Positions 46,721 through 56,788 of a DNA stretch of 64,000 nucleotides are shown in pieces. The stretch is from an uncultured Verrucomicrobiae bacterium (GTDB taxonomy: Bacteria > Verrucomicrobiota > Verrucomicrobiia > Chthoniobacterales > JAFAMB01), in NCBI GenBank assembly GCA_963762565.1, contig CAVXLD010000007.1, positions 448,001-512,000 of the forward strand, read 5' to 3'. The position numbers were made by a program, and so were the translations under genes. Position 1 is the stretch's first letter; each line of letters starts with the position of its first letter. The notes under the pieces are model-generated. The model was not told the DNA's origin. It worked only from the letters and a program-made list of their open reading frames with translations, and ran no database searches.

Positions 46721-47788
46721 CTATTCATCTGGACTCCTGCTTTGCATTCGCCGGCGTAGGGTGAAGCGTGCCTGACTGCGCAGGTTCACAACGGTTTGCC
46801 TCCGGATCCCTAGGAGACGCGCAATTTGCTGATCGTCCAGGGGTAATCTCGGTAGCACGGAAAGAATCTGGGTTAGCGAGATACCGAGCGACGCGGCGAG
46901 ATCTTGGAGCGTTGCTACTTGGCTCAGTTCGAAATCGAGCAAATCTTCTGCCTTTAATAGGAGCACCGCCCGTTCTTTTCGGTCCAATCGCTGGAGTTGT
47001 TCCCAGAAATTTCTAAGCCGTTCGCGGTTCAGAGATTCGCCGCGAGTTGGTGCTTCGGGTTGTTGGGTTCTCAGCAGCGACTCCAGGTTTCTGTGGTCTA
47101 AGGAAACGCGTTGATCCTTGACCTGTAAGATAAAAGCGACGGCAGTCACGAAATCGTTCCAGGGTAACGGACCGCCTGCCTGTTGGAGCGCCCAGGCGGC
47201 AATCTCCGGGAGAGGTGATGCTGGCGAAGGAAGGTCTTCGATCGAGTTCTGCTCCAAGAGATCAAAGTGCGGAACCGGACCGACGTGTTTCTGGCGCCAG
47301 AGCGTAAAGCCCGCGAGGGAGCCATGCTTAGCGTCCTGCCATTTGGTGAGGCCGGTTTGGCCCGCGCTTTCCCGGCAGAGATAGGCAAGTCTGAAAGAGA
47401 GCCGTGTCCAAAGTGGGGTCTCGTCACGCACCGCTGCTCGCCACGTGTTGAAGCTGGCCCCGGCAACATAAGCGCGGAAGGCGCCAATCCGGTTTTTTTC
47501 GGGTGTGGCATAGACCTGCCAGAGATGGCCCGTGAGCGCCATCAAGGTTTGTTGGCGAAGGTCCTGGGCGTCGAGGTCGCGCTGGTCAATGAACCCAGGG
47601 TTCCGGGATATCGAGGCCGCACCCAGACGCTGGTTGATGACCTTTTGAATGATGCTCAACGCCTCCGTCCGCAGGAGTGCGTCTAGCTCGTCTTTGGCCG
47701 ACGCTTCATCCGGCGCCAACAGGAACGAATGCAACAACACATCTTGCCCGGCCACTCGGCGATCTGCATCTATCTTACGTCGTTCCAT
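46721..47788 (-). CDS. Atypical long ECF-like sigma-70 factor (355 aa)
   Basis: Region 2 DAQDLRQQTL...FRAYVAGASFN; region 4 LQRLDRKERAVLLL...DDQQIARLLGIRRQTVVNLRSQAR, with large insertions. Confidence 0.7.
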   Translation of the reverse strand: MERRKIDADRRVAGQDVLLHSFLLAPDEASAKDELDALLRTEALSIIQKVINQRLGAASISRNPGFIDQRDLDAQDLRQQTLMALTGHLWQVYATPEKNRIGAFRAYVAGASFNTWRAAVRDETPLWTRLSFRLAYLCRESAGQTGLTKWQDAKHGSLAGFTLWRQKHVGPVPHFDLLEQNSIEDLPSPASPLPEIAAWALQQAGGPLPWNDFVTAVAFILQVKDQRVSLDHRNLESLLRTQQPEAPTRGESLNRERLRNFWEQLQRLDRKERAVLLLKAEDLLDFELSQVATLQDLAASLGISLTQILSVLPRLPLDDQQIARLLGIRRQTVVNLRSQARFTLRRRMQSRSPDE

Positions 47789-48077
47789 CTCGGTGCCGAT
47801 CTCCGGCGAAGCCGTTCCATTTTGTAGTTACTTCTCTTATAAACAAATGATGAGCAGATTGTGCCCCGGTTGGGCCGGAAAACTTCAAGATCCTGAACTC
47901 GAATTGCCCACAGGAGAAGCATTTTTTCGGTAGCTCGCACCTCCTTCTTCCGTCTCTAAGATTTGAGTAGCGTAGCATAGTGAGGGTTAGGGCACGTCTT
48001 GACCGGAATTCAGAGGGGCCGGCCAGACGTGCCCGGTTTGGTTTTCCACCTGGCTTGCTAGGCGATAGAGTGTCGCC

Positions 48078-48359
48078 ATGCATCCGAAGGAGCAAGAGAT
48101 ACGGGAATTCGCAGCCGCTGCACCTTTTGTGCCCTTTACTCTGGTTGCCGCCAGCGGCGAACGGTACAAAGTCCCGACACACGATCATATCTTCTTCGCT
48201 CCAAATGTCGATGACGATGGGGCGCCATTGCCGGACGGAGAGCGTTCACAGATGTTTACTGTATTCGCCAGAGGATCGCGTGTGCGTCATCTTTTCTTTG
48301 ACCTTATTACCGCGATCGAAACCGAAGGGACACCTGGTACGAAGGAACCGGTGAAATAG
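48078..48359 (+). CDS. Small hypothetical protein
   Basis: PFVPFTL...SGERY.V...DH motif, a pattern I recall from small beta proteins of PVC bacteria. Confidence 0.65.
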   Translation: MHPKEQEIREFAAAAPFVPFTLVAASGERYKVPTHDHIFFAPNVDDDGAPLPDGERSQMFTVFARGSRVRHLFFDLITAIETEGTPGTKEPVK

Positions 48360-48376
48360 TCTCTGTGGCGCCAGGG

Positions 48377-49354
48377 TTAAACGATCCGATCAATCAGCGG
48401 TTCACCGTTTTCGAATCTTCGAAGGTTCGCCAGAAAATGTTTGGTCAGGCGCAAGGATTCGTTGTGATGGCCACCACTGCTGTGGGGTGTGATGTAGCAA
48501 TTGGGAGCGGACCACAGGGGATGGTCCGGCGGTAACGGTTCCGGATCGGTCACATCCAGGTAAGCGGCCCTGATTTGCCCTGCTGTGAGAGCATCGAGTA
48601 ACGCGTTTTGATCGGTCGTGGTACCGCGCCCGAGCGAATAATAGCAGGCTCCGGGTTTAAAGCGTGAGAATTTGTCTTTATCGAAGAACCGAATGGTCTC
48701 CGAATTTTCCGGTAAGAAGTTCAACACCTGATCAGCGATCGGAAGGGTTGCGCCTAGTTCATCCAGGGCGAGAACAGTTATTCCCGGGACCGGCTCGGGA
48801 TGGCGCCGGAACCCTAATATCGTGCAGCCGAACGGCTTCAAGAACTCCGCCAGCCGGTGCCCAATCGATCCGAAGCCGGCAATAAGAATCGTCTGTTCCG
48901 AGAGCAGGCTCTCGGCGGCCCTTCTCTCGTTCTGTTGCCATTCCCGGTTCTTCAGCTGATCGAGGTACGACGGGTAAAGCTGCCGGCCGTGCGCCAGCAG
49001 AACAGACAAGGCGTGCTCCGCACAAGGCTCGGAGAACACGCTCGAGCTGTTGGTGAACGCGATCTGGTCCGCCAAAAAGTGATCAAAGACGTCCTTGCGA
49101 TCGTACCGCGTGTAACCTGCGCTGGACACGTGTAGCCAACGAAGGTTTTTCGAAGCGACGATGTCTTCAGCGCTGGGTTGGCCGAAAACGATTGTGGCGC
49201 TCCCGATTTGCGGGTCGCCGCCATTCTCCGCCAAGACATGGGGACCGGCCGCGGCGAGGATGAGCTGGTGGCCCTTGGTTTCCTCCCGAAACAGGTCGAG
49301 TTCCGGTTCCTCTAAGCGAACGTTAGTCCAGATAACAGAAGAATGCTGATTCAT
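48377..49354 (-). CDS. D-2-hydroxyacid dehydrogenase
   Basis: LRWLH.SSAG, AEHA, GFGSIG, LP....T, GRG, AYLDVT.PEPLP.DHPLW, ITPH. Confidence 0.92.
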   Translation of the reverse strand: MNQHSSVIWTNVRLEEPELDLFREETKGHQLILAAAGPHVLAENGGDPQIGSATIVFGQPSAEDIVASKNLRWLHVSSAGYTRYDRKDVFDHFLADQIAFTNSSSVFSEPCAEHALSVLLAHGRQLYPSYLDQLKNREWQQNERRAAESLLSEQTILIAGFGSIGHRLAEFLKPFGCTILGFRRHPEPVPGITVLALDELGATLPIADQVLNFLPENSETIRFFDKDKFSRFKPGACYYSLGRGTTTDQNALLDALTAGQIRAAYLDVTDPEPLPPDHPLWSAPNCYITPHSSGGHHNESLRLTKHFLANLRRFENGEPLIDRIV

Positions 49355-49432
49355 AAGTAAAAATGCCTTGATGTCCTTGACAGTTTTTTCGTTCTCTCCA
49401 TTTACAGAGCAAGATCGCAAAGGAAGGTATAA

Positions 49433-49948
49433 ATGGGCAAAGGGTTATTTTTGGCATTCTTTTTGTTCGCCAGCGTGACGTCGGTCTTCGGCCAGAAACC
49501 GGATCCGGCGCAGCCGGTTCCAGATGACGAGCAAAAGATCGACCGGATGTTTGACTTAACAAACCATCTCCGAGCAGAGCGGAGGATCCCGATCTTAGGA
49601 CTCGATGCTCGTCTTTGCCGGGCAGCGGCCGTGCATGCCGAGGAGATGGCGCGGTATAACTACGTTAGCGATCGAGGTCCCGGAATTTTCCCGATGCGAT
49701 CCAATCCCGGGTCGCGAGCTTGGGCCAGCGGGTATGCCTGGTCGAGCATTGCTGAGACTGTGTGTGCGGGATCTTCCGATGTTGTCTCCGTGTTAAAGAG
49801 TTGGCTACAGAGCCGGGCCCACGCACGAATTTTGCTGGATCCGGAGTATCAGGACGCCGGCATCGGTATCGCCCGGGGAGCCACCCGAACTTATTGGGTC
49901 TTTATGGTGGCCACCAGGCCCCCTAACAGTGCACCCGGGGGGCGGTAG
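49433..49948 (+). CDS. CAP/SCP-domain secreted protein
   Basis: Signal peptide; TN..R....L..D..L..AA..HA..MA, E, W..S..H...LL......GIG, YW. Confidence 0.85.
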   Translation: MGKGLFLAFFLFASVTSVFGQKPDPAQPVPDDEQKIDRMFDLTNHLRAERRIPILGLDARLCRAAAVHAEEMARYNYVSDRGPGIFPMRSNPGSRAWASGYAWSSIAETVCAGSSDVVSVLKSWLQSRAHARILLDPEYQDAGIGIARGATRTYWVFMVATRPPNSAPGGR

Positions 49949-50154
49949 GCGTGCAACGCCGGGAACGAGCACGAACAATGTGAGTGGTGAAAAGTGAAAG
50001 GTGAAAAGTGAAAGGATTGGGGCGCGTCGCTCTCGTCCTATAAGCCCCATTAGTCCTATAGAGCCTGTCGCGCCGTAGGCTTGGCGAAGGCGGATCCTAT
50101 CCGTGTGGCGCCCAGCGTTGTCCTCCCGCTCATCGTTTACGCCCGTTCCCGACG

Positions 50155-51975
50155 CTATTTCCGCTGATCCAGTCGCCGATTCAGCTCGAATGCCGCGCTA
50201 ATCAGCGCCATATGAGTGAAGGCTTGCGGAAAATTTCCGAGTTGTTCGGCCGATGGACCTAGCTCTTCTGAGTAGAGGCCGACATGGTTGGCGTATCCGA
50301 GCATCTTTTCGAAAACGAAGCGCGCCTTGTTCACATCGCCGCTGCGAGCCAGGCACTCAATATACCAGAACGAACACATGCAGAATGTGCCTTCTCCACC
50401 TTCCATACCATCGGGGCTCCGGTAACGGTAAACCAGCGAGTCATCGACTAACCGGTTATCCAGCGCCATCAAGGTGGACAACCAGCGAGGATCGGTTGGG
50501 CTGATAAACCTGACCAACGGCGACAACAGGCAAGACGCATCCAGCCAGTCGCTCTTCTTGGTTTGTACGTAACTATTAATGCTTGGATTCCAAAATTCGG
50601 TTTGGATTTGATGATAGATCTGGTCGCGTACCCTTTGCCAATGCACCTGCGGCCCCGGAAGACTGCGCTTATGGATGAGCCGGAGCGCTCGATCCACCGC
50701 CACCCAGCACATCAGACGGCTATAATAAAAGTGCTGCTGGCCGCCGCGCACCTCCCAAATCCCTTCGTCCTGGCGGTCCCAGTTTTCGCAAACCCAATTA
50801 ACGATCTTCACTAGATCAAGCCAAAGCTCGTAACTGATCTGTTGGCCGAATTTGTCGTAGATATAGATCGAATCCAAAAGCTCCCCGTAAATATCCAACT
50901 GCAACTGGCCGGCAGCACCGTTACCGATGCGAACGGGTCGACTATCCCGGTAGCCGGCAAAATGATCCAAGGCTTCTTCCGGGAGCTCATGCCGCCCATC
51001 GATACCGTACATGATTTGTAGGGGACCAACCGCCGCGCTCTCGGCGCATCTGGCTTCCAACCAGCGGATGAAAGCGCCGGCTTCCGCGGTAAAGCCCAAT
51101 CGGCTGAGGGCATATAACGTGAAGCTGGCATCCCGAATCCAGGTGTACCGATAATCCCAGTTGCGCCCGCCACCGACGAACTCCGGTAAGCCGAACGTTG
51201 GAGCTGCCACGATCGAACCGTATCGCCGGCTTGTGAGCAGCTTAAGGACGAGAGCCGATCGATCAACGATCTCTCGCCACCGGCCACTGTACTGGGAACG
51301 CGCAATCCATTTCTGCCAAAAGTTAAGGGTTTGTAGAAATGAGTCTGTCTCTAAGTGGTCCGGCTGCTTCTCTGTTTCGCCAAGCTCAAACTCGAGGACG
51401 AAAAAGGTCTTCTCGCCCGCATTCAATACAAAATCGGCGGTGACATCCCCATCGGTCATCTGAAGGGGCGTTTGCGAGCGCAACCGCAGCGTTGGCAGAT
51501 TGGATGCCTCGGGGATAAAAAGAACTTCCCGCTCTGATAGCCTTTTGACTTCGTGCTTCGCCCTGGCGTAATCGAACCGGGGCTGGCAGATCATTTCAAA
51601 TCTGACTTCGCCACGAATACATTTTGCGCGTCGAATAATTTTTGCCCCTTTGCGAAGCCCCTTCTCAGTCCCGAGTTCGGTGTCGAACACCGGCATGAAA
51701 TCGCTGATTTCGCCCACGCCATCGGGCGAGAGAAAGCGAGTCATGAGAATGTTGGTATTGGGCAGATAGTTCTGTCTAGGCTGGCTATGTTGGAGGCTGG
51801 CAGCGAGTGAAAACCGGCCGCCTTTATCAGGATGGAGTAAGTCAGCGAAAATCGTGGGTGAATCGAAATCGGGAAAACAGCAAAAATCGATGGTCCCATC
51901 GATAGCAACTAAGGCAACCGTCTCCAGGTTTCCGATAATGCCATGGTTCTCGATGGGTAGATAACCGTCGGGCAT
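50155..51975 (-). CDS. Glycoside hydrolase family 15 (trehalase/glucoamylase-like)
   Basis: AAPTFGLPE..GG.RNWDYRYTWIRD, QLDIYGE, DEGIWEVRG, EGTF..CSFW, GLYSEE, LGNFPQAFTH. Confidence 0.95.
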   Translation of the reverse strand: MPDGYLPIENHGIIGNLETVALVAIDGTIDFCCFPDFDSPTIFADLLHPDKGGRFSLAASLQHSQPRQNYLPNTNILMTRFLSPDGVGEISDFMPVFDTELGTEKGLRKGAKIIRRAKCIRGEVRFEMICQPRFDYARAKHEVKRLSEREVLFIPEASNLPTLRLRSQTPLQMTDGDVTADFVLNAGEKTFFVLEFELGETEKQPDHLETDSFLQTLNFWQKWIARSQYSGRWREIVDRSALVLKLLTSRRYGSIVAAPTFGLPEFVGGGRNWDYRYTWIRDASFTLYALSRLGFTAEAGAFIRWLEARCAESAAVGPLQIMYGIDGRHELPEEALDHFAGYRDSRPVRIGNGAAGQLQLDIYGELLDSIYIYDKFGQQISYELWLDLVKIVNWVCENWDRQDEGIWEVRGGQQHFYYSRLMCWVAVDRALRLIHKRSLPGPQVHWQRVRDQIYHQIQTEFWNPSINSYVQTKKSDWLDASCLLSPLVRFISPTDPRWLSTLMALDNRLVDDSLVYRYRSPDGMEGGEGTFCMCSFWYIECLARSGDVNKARFVFEKMLGYANHVGLYSEELGPSAEQLGNFPQAFTHMALISAAFELNRRLDQRK

Positions 51976-52014
51976 GGTGGCTAATATAGCCGAGAGTCAG
52001 GGGCGTTAAAGGGG

Positions 52015-52322
52015 GCGTGCGGCGAAACGGCGAAAGGGCGAAAGGGCGATCTGAGGCGCGAAGCGCTGGTCAGATCTTAGCCTAGGCTGAGCCTGCGAGG
52101 CCTAGGTAGAACGGAACAAAACGGGTTAGCGCTGAAAGCGCGAAAGAACCGAGTCGAGTTCCACGCGCGGTCAGCAGCATCGCGATCTTTCGCGCTTTCA
52201 GCGCTAGTCGCATTTCTTGCGCACAGTTCCTAGGCCTCGCAGACTCAGCCTAGAGGCTAAAGTCTGACCAGCGCTTCGCGCCTCAGATCGCCCTTTCGCC
52301 CATTCGCCGATACGCCCACACG
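52015..52322. repeat. Long nested inverted-repeat (MITE/REPIN-like) element
   Basis: gggcgatctgaggcgcgaagcgctggtcaga / tctgaccagcgcttcgcgcctcagatcgccc; inner gcgctgaaagcgcgaaaga / tctttcgcgctttcagcgc. Confidence 0.85.
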
Positions 52323-52323
52323 C

Positions 52324-54192
52324 CTATTTCCCCTCCTCGCTTTTCGCCGCCACGGCTCCATCGCCGGTCGCCGGCGGCTCCTCAACATCCGGTTCCACTG
52401 CTCGGGCGACCGCCGGCCTGCTCTGTTCGCCGGCTAAATGCAGGATTAAGTCGGTCTTAGAGATACTACCGATCAGGTGCTGCGAGTTAAAGTTGTCGAT
52501 TACTGGGAGTCGTTCGGCATTGGTCTCTGAAAACCTACGTAAGGCTTCCGCTGTCCCCTGAAGCGGCGAAATGCGCGGAAAATTTTCATCCATGATATCC
52601 GAAGCAATAACCACGGTCTCTAGCTCGGGGCGATCCAAAAAGGCCTTCACGTCGTGGAGCGAGATCGCACCGAGAAATCTCCGCGTGCTGTCCACCACAT
52701 AGAGGTGCTGGAACTGGAATTGAAGAAAAGTCCGGGCTACTTCAGCGAAGCTGGCTTGTTCCGGCAAGGTGATCGGGTCGGTCCGAATTAGGTCTGTCAC
52801 GCTGACTTCCGCCAACTGCGAATTGAAGAACGCAGCTCCCTTTCGTTCCAGCGATTCGCCGTACATGAAGCGGCGTTCGAAAATGCTGCTGCAGTAGTAA
52901 CCCAGCACACACGCCACCATCAAAAAAGGCACAATGGGATAGCTGAGGGTCAGCTCAAACACCATCAGGATAGCCATGATAGGCGCTCCGCTTGCAGCCG
53001 AGAGAAACGCGCCCATACCCACCAAGCCGTAGATATCAGGATCTGGCCGAAGCGCCGGAAACAGCAGCAGCACCGTCTGACCGTAGAGAAACCCGAGTGC
53101 GGATCCAACGAAAAGGGTAGGAGTAAAAACGCCTCCCACTGCGCCGGAACCGAACGTAGCCGAGGTGGCCACCAGTTTGGCAATCACGAGCAATAGAATC
53201 GTATCAAAATCCCAATTCTGGTGGAAAAGAGAGCTCAGCACATCTTGGCCATTCCCGCAGACTTGAGGCAAAAAGATTGCTATGGCCCCGACAATCGCGC
53301 CGCCAATGGCCATTTTGATCGGAGCCGGAAGCCGAAGTTTAGAGAAGAGTTTTTCAGAGCGGCGTAACAGCTGCAAGTAGACAGGAGCTAGGAATCCGAG
53401 CAATAGGCCCATGAGACAAATTGGAATGGCCTCCCAACGAGAGTGGAACTCGAGATCCGGTGATTGATAAAGAGCACTCGCTCCATGAATGGCCCGGGTT
53501 GTAAAAGTTGCGACGACCGAGGCCAGGACCAGCGGTCCAAGAGATTCCACCACAACCGTCCCCAGAATGATCTCAGCGACGAAGAAGGCGCCGGCAATGG
53601 GTGCATTGTAGGCACTGGCGATCCCGGCGGCGGCGCCACAAGCAACCATTTGCCGTTTTTGCGGGACTGGACAATTTCGGAGCCGGCCAGCCAGGGAAGC
53701 CAACAACGAAGAAAGTTGAACTAACGGGCCTTCCCGGCCAATTGACGCCCCGCTGCTGATCGAAAATAGGGCGGAAATGGTTTTTACCAGACTGGCTCGG
53801 AACGAGATTTTTCCGTTTCCGACTACCACCGCCTCCATGTAATCGGTAGTCGATTTTTGACGGATGCTGCCGATCATTCGATTACCAATCCAGAGCGTAA
53901 AACCGCCGAGCAGCCCTCCGGCGATCGGAACCACAAAACGTTGCCAGAGCGGCAGGTCTTCGAAACTGGTGACGATGCTGGTCATGTGACCTGTTCCTAG
54001 GAACTGCAGAAATTCGGTTGCCTTCCTGAATGATTCCGCTGCCAGAGCTCCAAAAAATCCGATGAGTGCGGCCCAGACCAGTGTTACCTGGCGTTCGCTT
54101 AGGCGAAGATGTTCGACGATCCAGACCTTTAAGAGCAGGAGGCGCCGCAGGGCCGGGGTGAGGCGGGCGCGCGATCCGGACTTGTTGTCCAT
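52324..54192 (-). CDS. ClC-family chloride channel (ClcB-like) with two CBS domains
   Basis: SIGREGP, CGAAAG..SAYNAP, GGVFTP.LF.G, C-terminal CBS pair. Confidence 0.93.
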   Translation of the reverse strand: MDNKSGSRARLTPALRRLLLLKVWIVEHLRLSERQVTLVWAALIGFFGALAAESFRKATEFLQFLGTGHMTSIVTSFEDLPLWQRFVVPIAGGLLGGFTLWIGNRMIGSIRQKSTTDYMEAVVVGNGKISFRASLVKTISALFSISSGASIGREGPLVQLSSLLASLAGRLRNCPVPQKRQMVACGAAAGIASAYNAPIAGAFFVAEIILGTVVVESLGPLVLASVVATFTTRAIHGASALYQSPDLEFHSRWEAIPICLMGLLLGFLAPVYLQLLRRSEKLFSKLRLPAPIKMAIGGAIVGAIAIFLPQVCGNGQDVLSSLFHQNWDFDTILLLVIAKLVATSATFGSGAVGGVFTPTLFVGSALGFLYGQTVLLLFPALRPDPDIYGLVGMGAFLSAASGAPIMAILMVFELTLSYPIVPFLMVACVLGYYCSSIFERRFMYGESLERKGAAFFNSQLAEVSVTDLIRTDPITLPEQASFAEVARTFLQFQFQHLYVVDSTRRFLGAISLHDVKAFLDRPELETVVIASDIMDENFPRISPLQGTAEALRRFSETNAERLPVIDNFNSQHLIGSISKTDLILHLAGEQSRPAVARAVEPDVEEPPATGDGAVAAKSEEGK

Positions 54193-54198
54193 AGCAGC

Positions 54199-54648
54199 CT
54201 ATGCCGCGGCGAACGCTTTCAGGAATTCTTCGATATTCGTCGTCCCCATCAGCCGGTCCAGCACGTTCTCTCCTCGAAGGTGACGGGCAAGAAAGGAGGT
54301 CAGTTCCAGATACTCGGCTACCGCCTTTTTGGGCGCACCGATTAGAAGCACGAGTCTGGCCGACCCGGCCGAGAACGGGATTGGTTGCGGCGAAATTCCA
54401 ATTACGATCACAATGCCGCGTACGCTGTCGGTTCTGGCATGTGGGAAGGCGACACCCATTGGTAGGAAGGGTGGATCCACTTTTTGCCGTTCAATGATGG
54501 CCCGGTCGAGTTCAGCTAGATCGGCGACTAACGGGTTGGTCTTTAGTTCTTCCAACAAGCGTCTAATCGCTTCGGTCTCCGAACTTGCAGTCAGCGGGTT
54601 CACTAAGGCGGCTGAACGCAGCGACTCAATCGTTTTCGTATTGATCAA
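54199..54648 (-). CDS. PTS EIIA (Ntr/fructose-type) domain protein
   Basis: GVAFPHAR phospho-His motif; TTG start at 54648 after GGAGAAAGAG; stop 6 nt before the ClC start. Confidence 0.85.
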   Translation of the reverse strand: MINTKTIESLRSAALVNPLTASSETEAIRRLLEELKTNPLVADLAELDRAIIERQKVDPPFLPMGVAFPHARTDSVRGIVIVIGISPQPIPFSAGSARLVLLIGAPKKAVAEYLELTSFLARHLRGENVLDRLMGTTNIEEFLKAFAAA

Positions 54649-54959
54649 CTCTCTTTCTCCCAGGATTCTTCCTAACAGGATAGCACGCCACACGCGAGTG
54701 GGTAAGCGGTTTGCGTTCGGCGTGTAACGTTTGGCGTTCGGCGTTCGGCGAGGCGTGTGGGCGAACGGGCGCTGTGGGCACTCGCCCATCTCGGGAGAAA
54801 TCAACAGACGGGACCCATAGGACCTGTTGAACTAACGAGAGAATCAGTCGCACAAGTCCCATTTGTCCATAAGTCCCATCCGTTAACAGCGTCGCACGCA
54901 CCTGATACCAACACGCGCCCTTTTGCCCACACGCAACGCCAACGCCGAACGCCAAACGC

Positions 54960-55763
54960 CTACCCAAATAGCCGGTCACTGTTCTCTGCGCAGATTTTTA
55001 CTAGATCGGGCAAGTCGACTTTCCGCAGCGAAGCCAACGCAGTGTAGACCGCTTTGATATTTCCAGGGTGGTTAATAGTCTCGCCGTTTGATGCCGGAGG
55101 TAGCCGGAATTCGCCGTGACTGTCGGGCAAGGGCATCGACGGTGCATCAGTTTCGACCAGTAACCGATCCGGACGAATCTGGCGGAACGGCGACAAACGC
55201 TGTTCTTTGCCTGGGTTCAAAAAATATCCCGAGAAAGAAAAATAAGCGCCAATCTCGGTGAACGGTCCGACTAACTCGGAGGGACCGCTATAGGCGTGTA
55301 ACAGAAACCCTCGCGCCGGGAGCCGCTCCGAAGAAAGAAGGTCGAACAGCTCTTCCCAAGCATGCAAACAATGAATCGTGATGGCGCGCTGGTTACGTTC
55401 AGCAATCTCGAGGCTATGCCGGAGGATCTCGGTTTGAGCCGGGAGATCTGGATCCGGCATCCAGAGATCAAGCCCAACCTCGCCCACATGCGCCTTTGGG
55501 TCCGCAATCAGGCGTTGTTCCAGGCGGTCTTCCCAACCTGTTTGTTTCTTAATCAGATACCAAGGATGTAGCCCATAACTGGGTGTTACAAACCGGTATC
55601 GCCCCGACAAATCCCTGATTAAATCCCAATCTTCTTCGGTGATCCCATTGACAATCATCCGTTTGACTCCAAGGCGTCCGCAGGCTGGAATTACTTGACC
55701 CAAAAACGGCTCCAAATTTTTTGCCTGGAGATGATTGTGGGCGTCGATGTAGCCGGCACTCAT
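54960..55763 (-). CDS. TatD family metallo-hydrolase/DNase
   Basis: IDAHNH, GLHPW, VGEVGLD, IHC, LHAYSG, LLVETDAP. Confidence 0.92.
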   Translation of the reverse strand: MSAGYIDAHNHLQAKNLEPFLGQVIPACGRLGVKRMIVNGITEEDWDLIRDLSGRYRFVTPSYGLHPWYLIKKQTGWEDRLEQRLIADPKAHVGEVGLDLWMPDPDLPAQTEILRHSLEIAERNQRAITIHCLHAWEELFDLLSSERLPARGFLLHAYSGPSELVGPFTEIGAYFSFSGYFLNPGKEQRLSPFRQIRPDRLLVETDAPSMPLPDSHGEFRLPPASNGETINHPGNIKAVYTALASLRKVDLPDLVKICAENSDRLFG

Positions 55764-55991
55764 ATGGGCGGGTTCGCTTCCTCGGAGAAATGGCGGATTA
55801 AGCAGTAAGCAGTAAGCGGTAAGCAGCAGAGGAGCCACGCGCCAGAATCCAGGCGCCAGGAGGTCATGAGGTCCTCGGCGAAACACGCGATGCATACGCG
55901 TCCACCCAGCGCATCTCCCGGCTCCCTCTACTGCTTACTGCTCACTGTGCTCACTTGTATTGGTCCTAGCGGTGTGCAGCTCCAATGTGCG

Positions 55992-56408
55992 TCACTCCCC
56001 AATAACCTTGACCAGCACGCGCTTCCTCCTTCTACCGTCGAATTCGCCGTAGAAGATTTCCTCCCAAGGACCGAAATCGAGTTTACCTTCTGTAACCGCA
56101 ACCACCACTTCGCGTCCCATGATGGTGCGTTTGAGATGAGCGTCGGCGTTGTCCTCCGCGCCGTTGTGCTCGTACTGGTCGTACGGCTTTTCGGGGGCTA
56201 ATTTTTCCAGCCAAACATCAAAGTCTCGGTGCAGGCCCGATTCGTTGTCGTTGATAAAGACGCTTGCCGTAATATGCATGGCGTTTACCAGGACCAATCC
56301 TTCCTGGATGCCGCTTTCACGCAGACATTGATTGATCTGCGGCGTAATCCGCAAAAACTCACGCCGCTTTTTGGTCTCGAACCAAAGTTCTTTCCGATAG
56401 CTTTTCAT
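55992..56408 (-). CDS. yjbQ: YjbQ/UPF0047 family protein
   Basis: [41 protein letters not shown]. Confidence 0.9.
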   Translation of the reverse strand: MKSYRKELWFETKKRREFLRITPQINQCLRESGIQEGLVLVNAMHITASVFINDNESGLHRDFDVWLEKLAPEKPYDQYEHNGAEDNADAHLKRTIMGREVVVAVTEGKLDFGPWEEIFYGEFDGRRRKRVLVKVIGE

Positions 56409-56412
56409 GGGT

Positions 56413-56676
56413 GGTAGGGCGAAAATCTCGGCGCGCCCACGATTCCCCTTCTCGATGCGGCATCCCGCGCCGGATTTGAGCCGCTCCGTGCGCATGCTTT
56501 CGCCTAAGAACAATGTCGTGTCCACCCCGTCCCATTCAACGCGACACACGGATTCATGGCGCCACTCAAACAGTAACGCCATGGGCAGAGGCCAACCGCA
56601 CGGCGCGGCTCAAATCCGGCGCGGACAACCGATGTTAGCTGGCACACCGTCGACGCGCCGAGATTTTCGCCCTACC
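56413..56676. repeat. REPIN family A copy
   Basis: ggtagggcgaaaatctcggcgcg ... cgcgccgagattttcgccctacc. Confidence 0.85.
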
Positions 56677-56788
56677 GGCCGCCATTCGCCCATTCGCCGT
56701 TTCGCCAACTACACCACATCCCCATTCGCCGTTGTCTTATCGGCCACTTTCGGCTTCGATCACACTGATCCGGAGATTTCGGACACCT

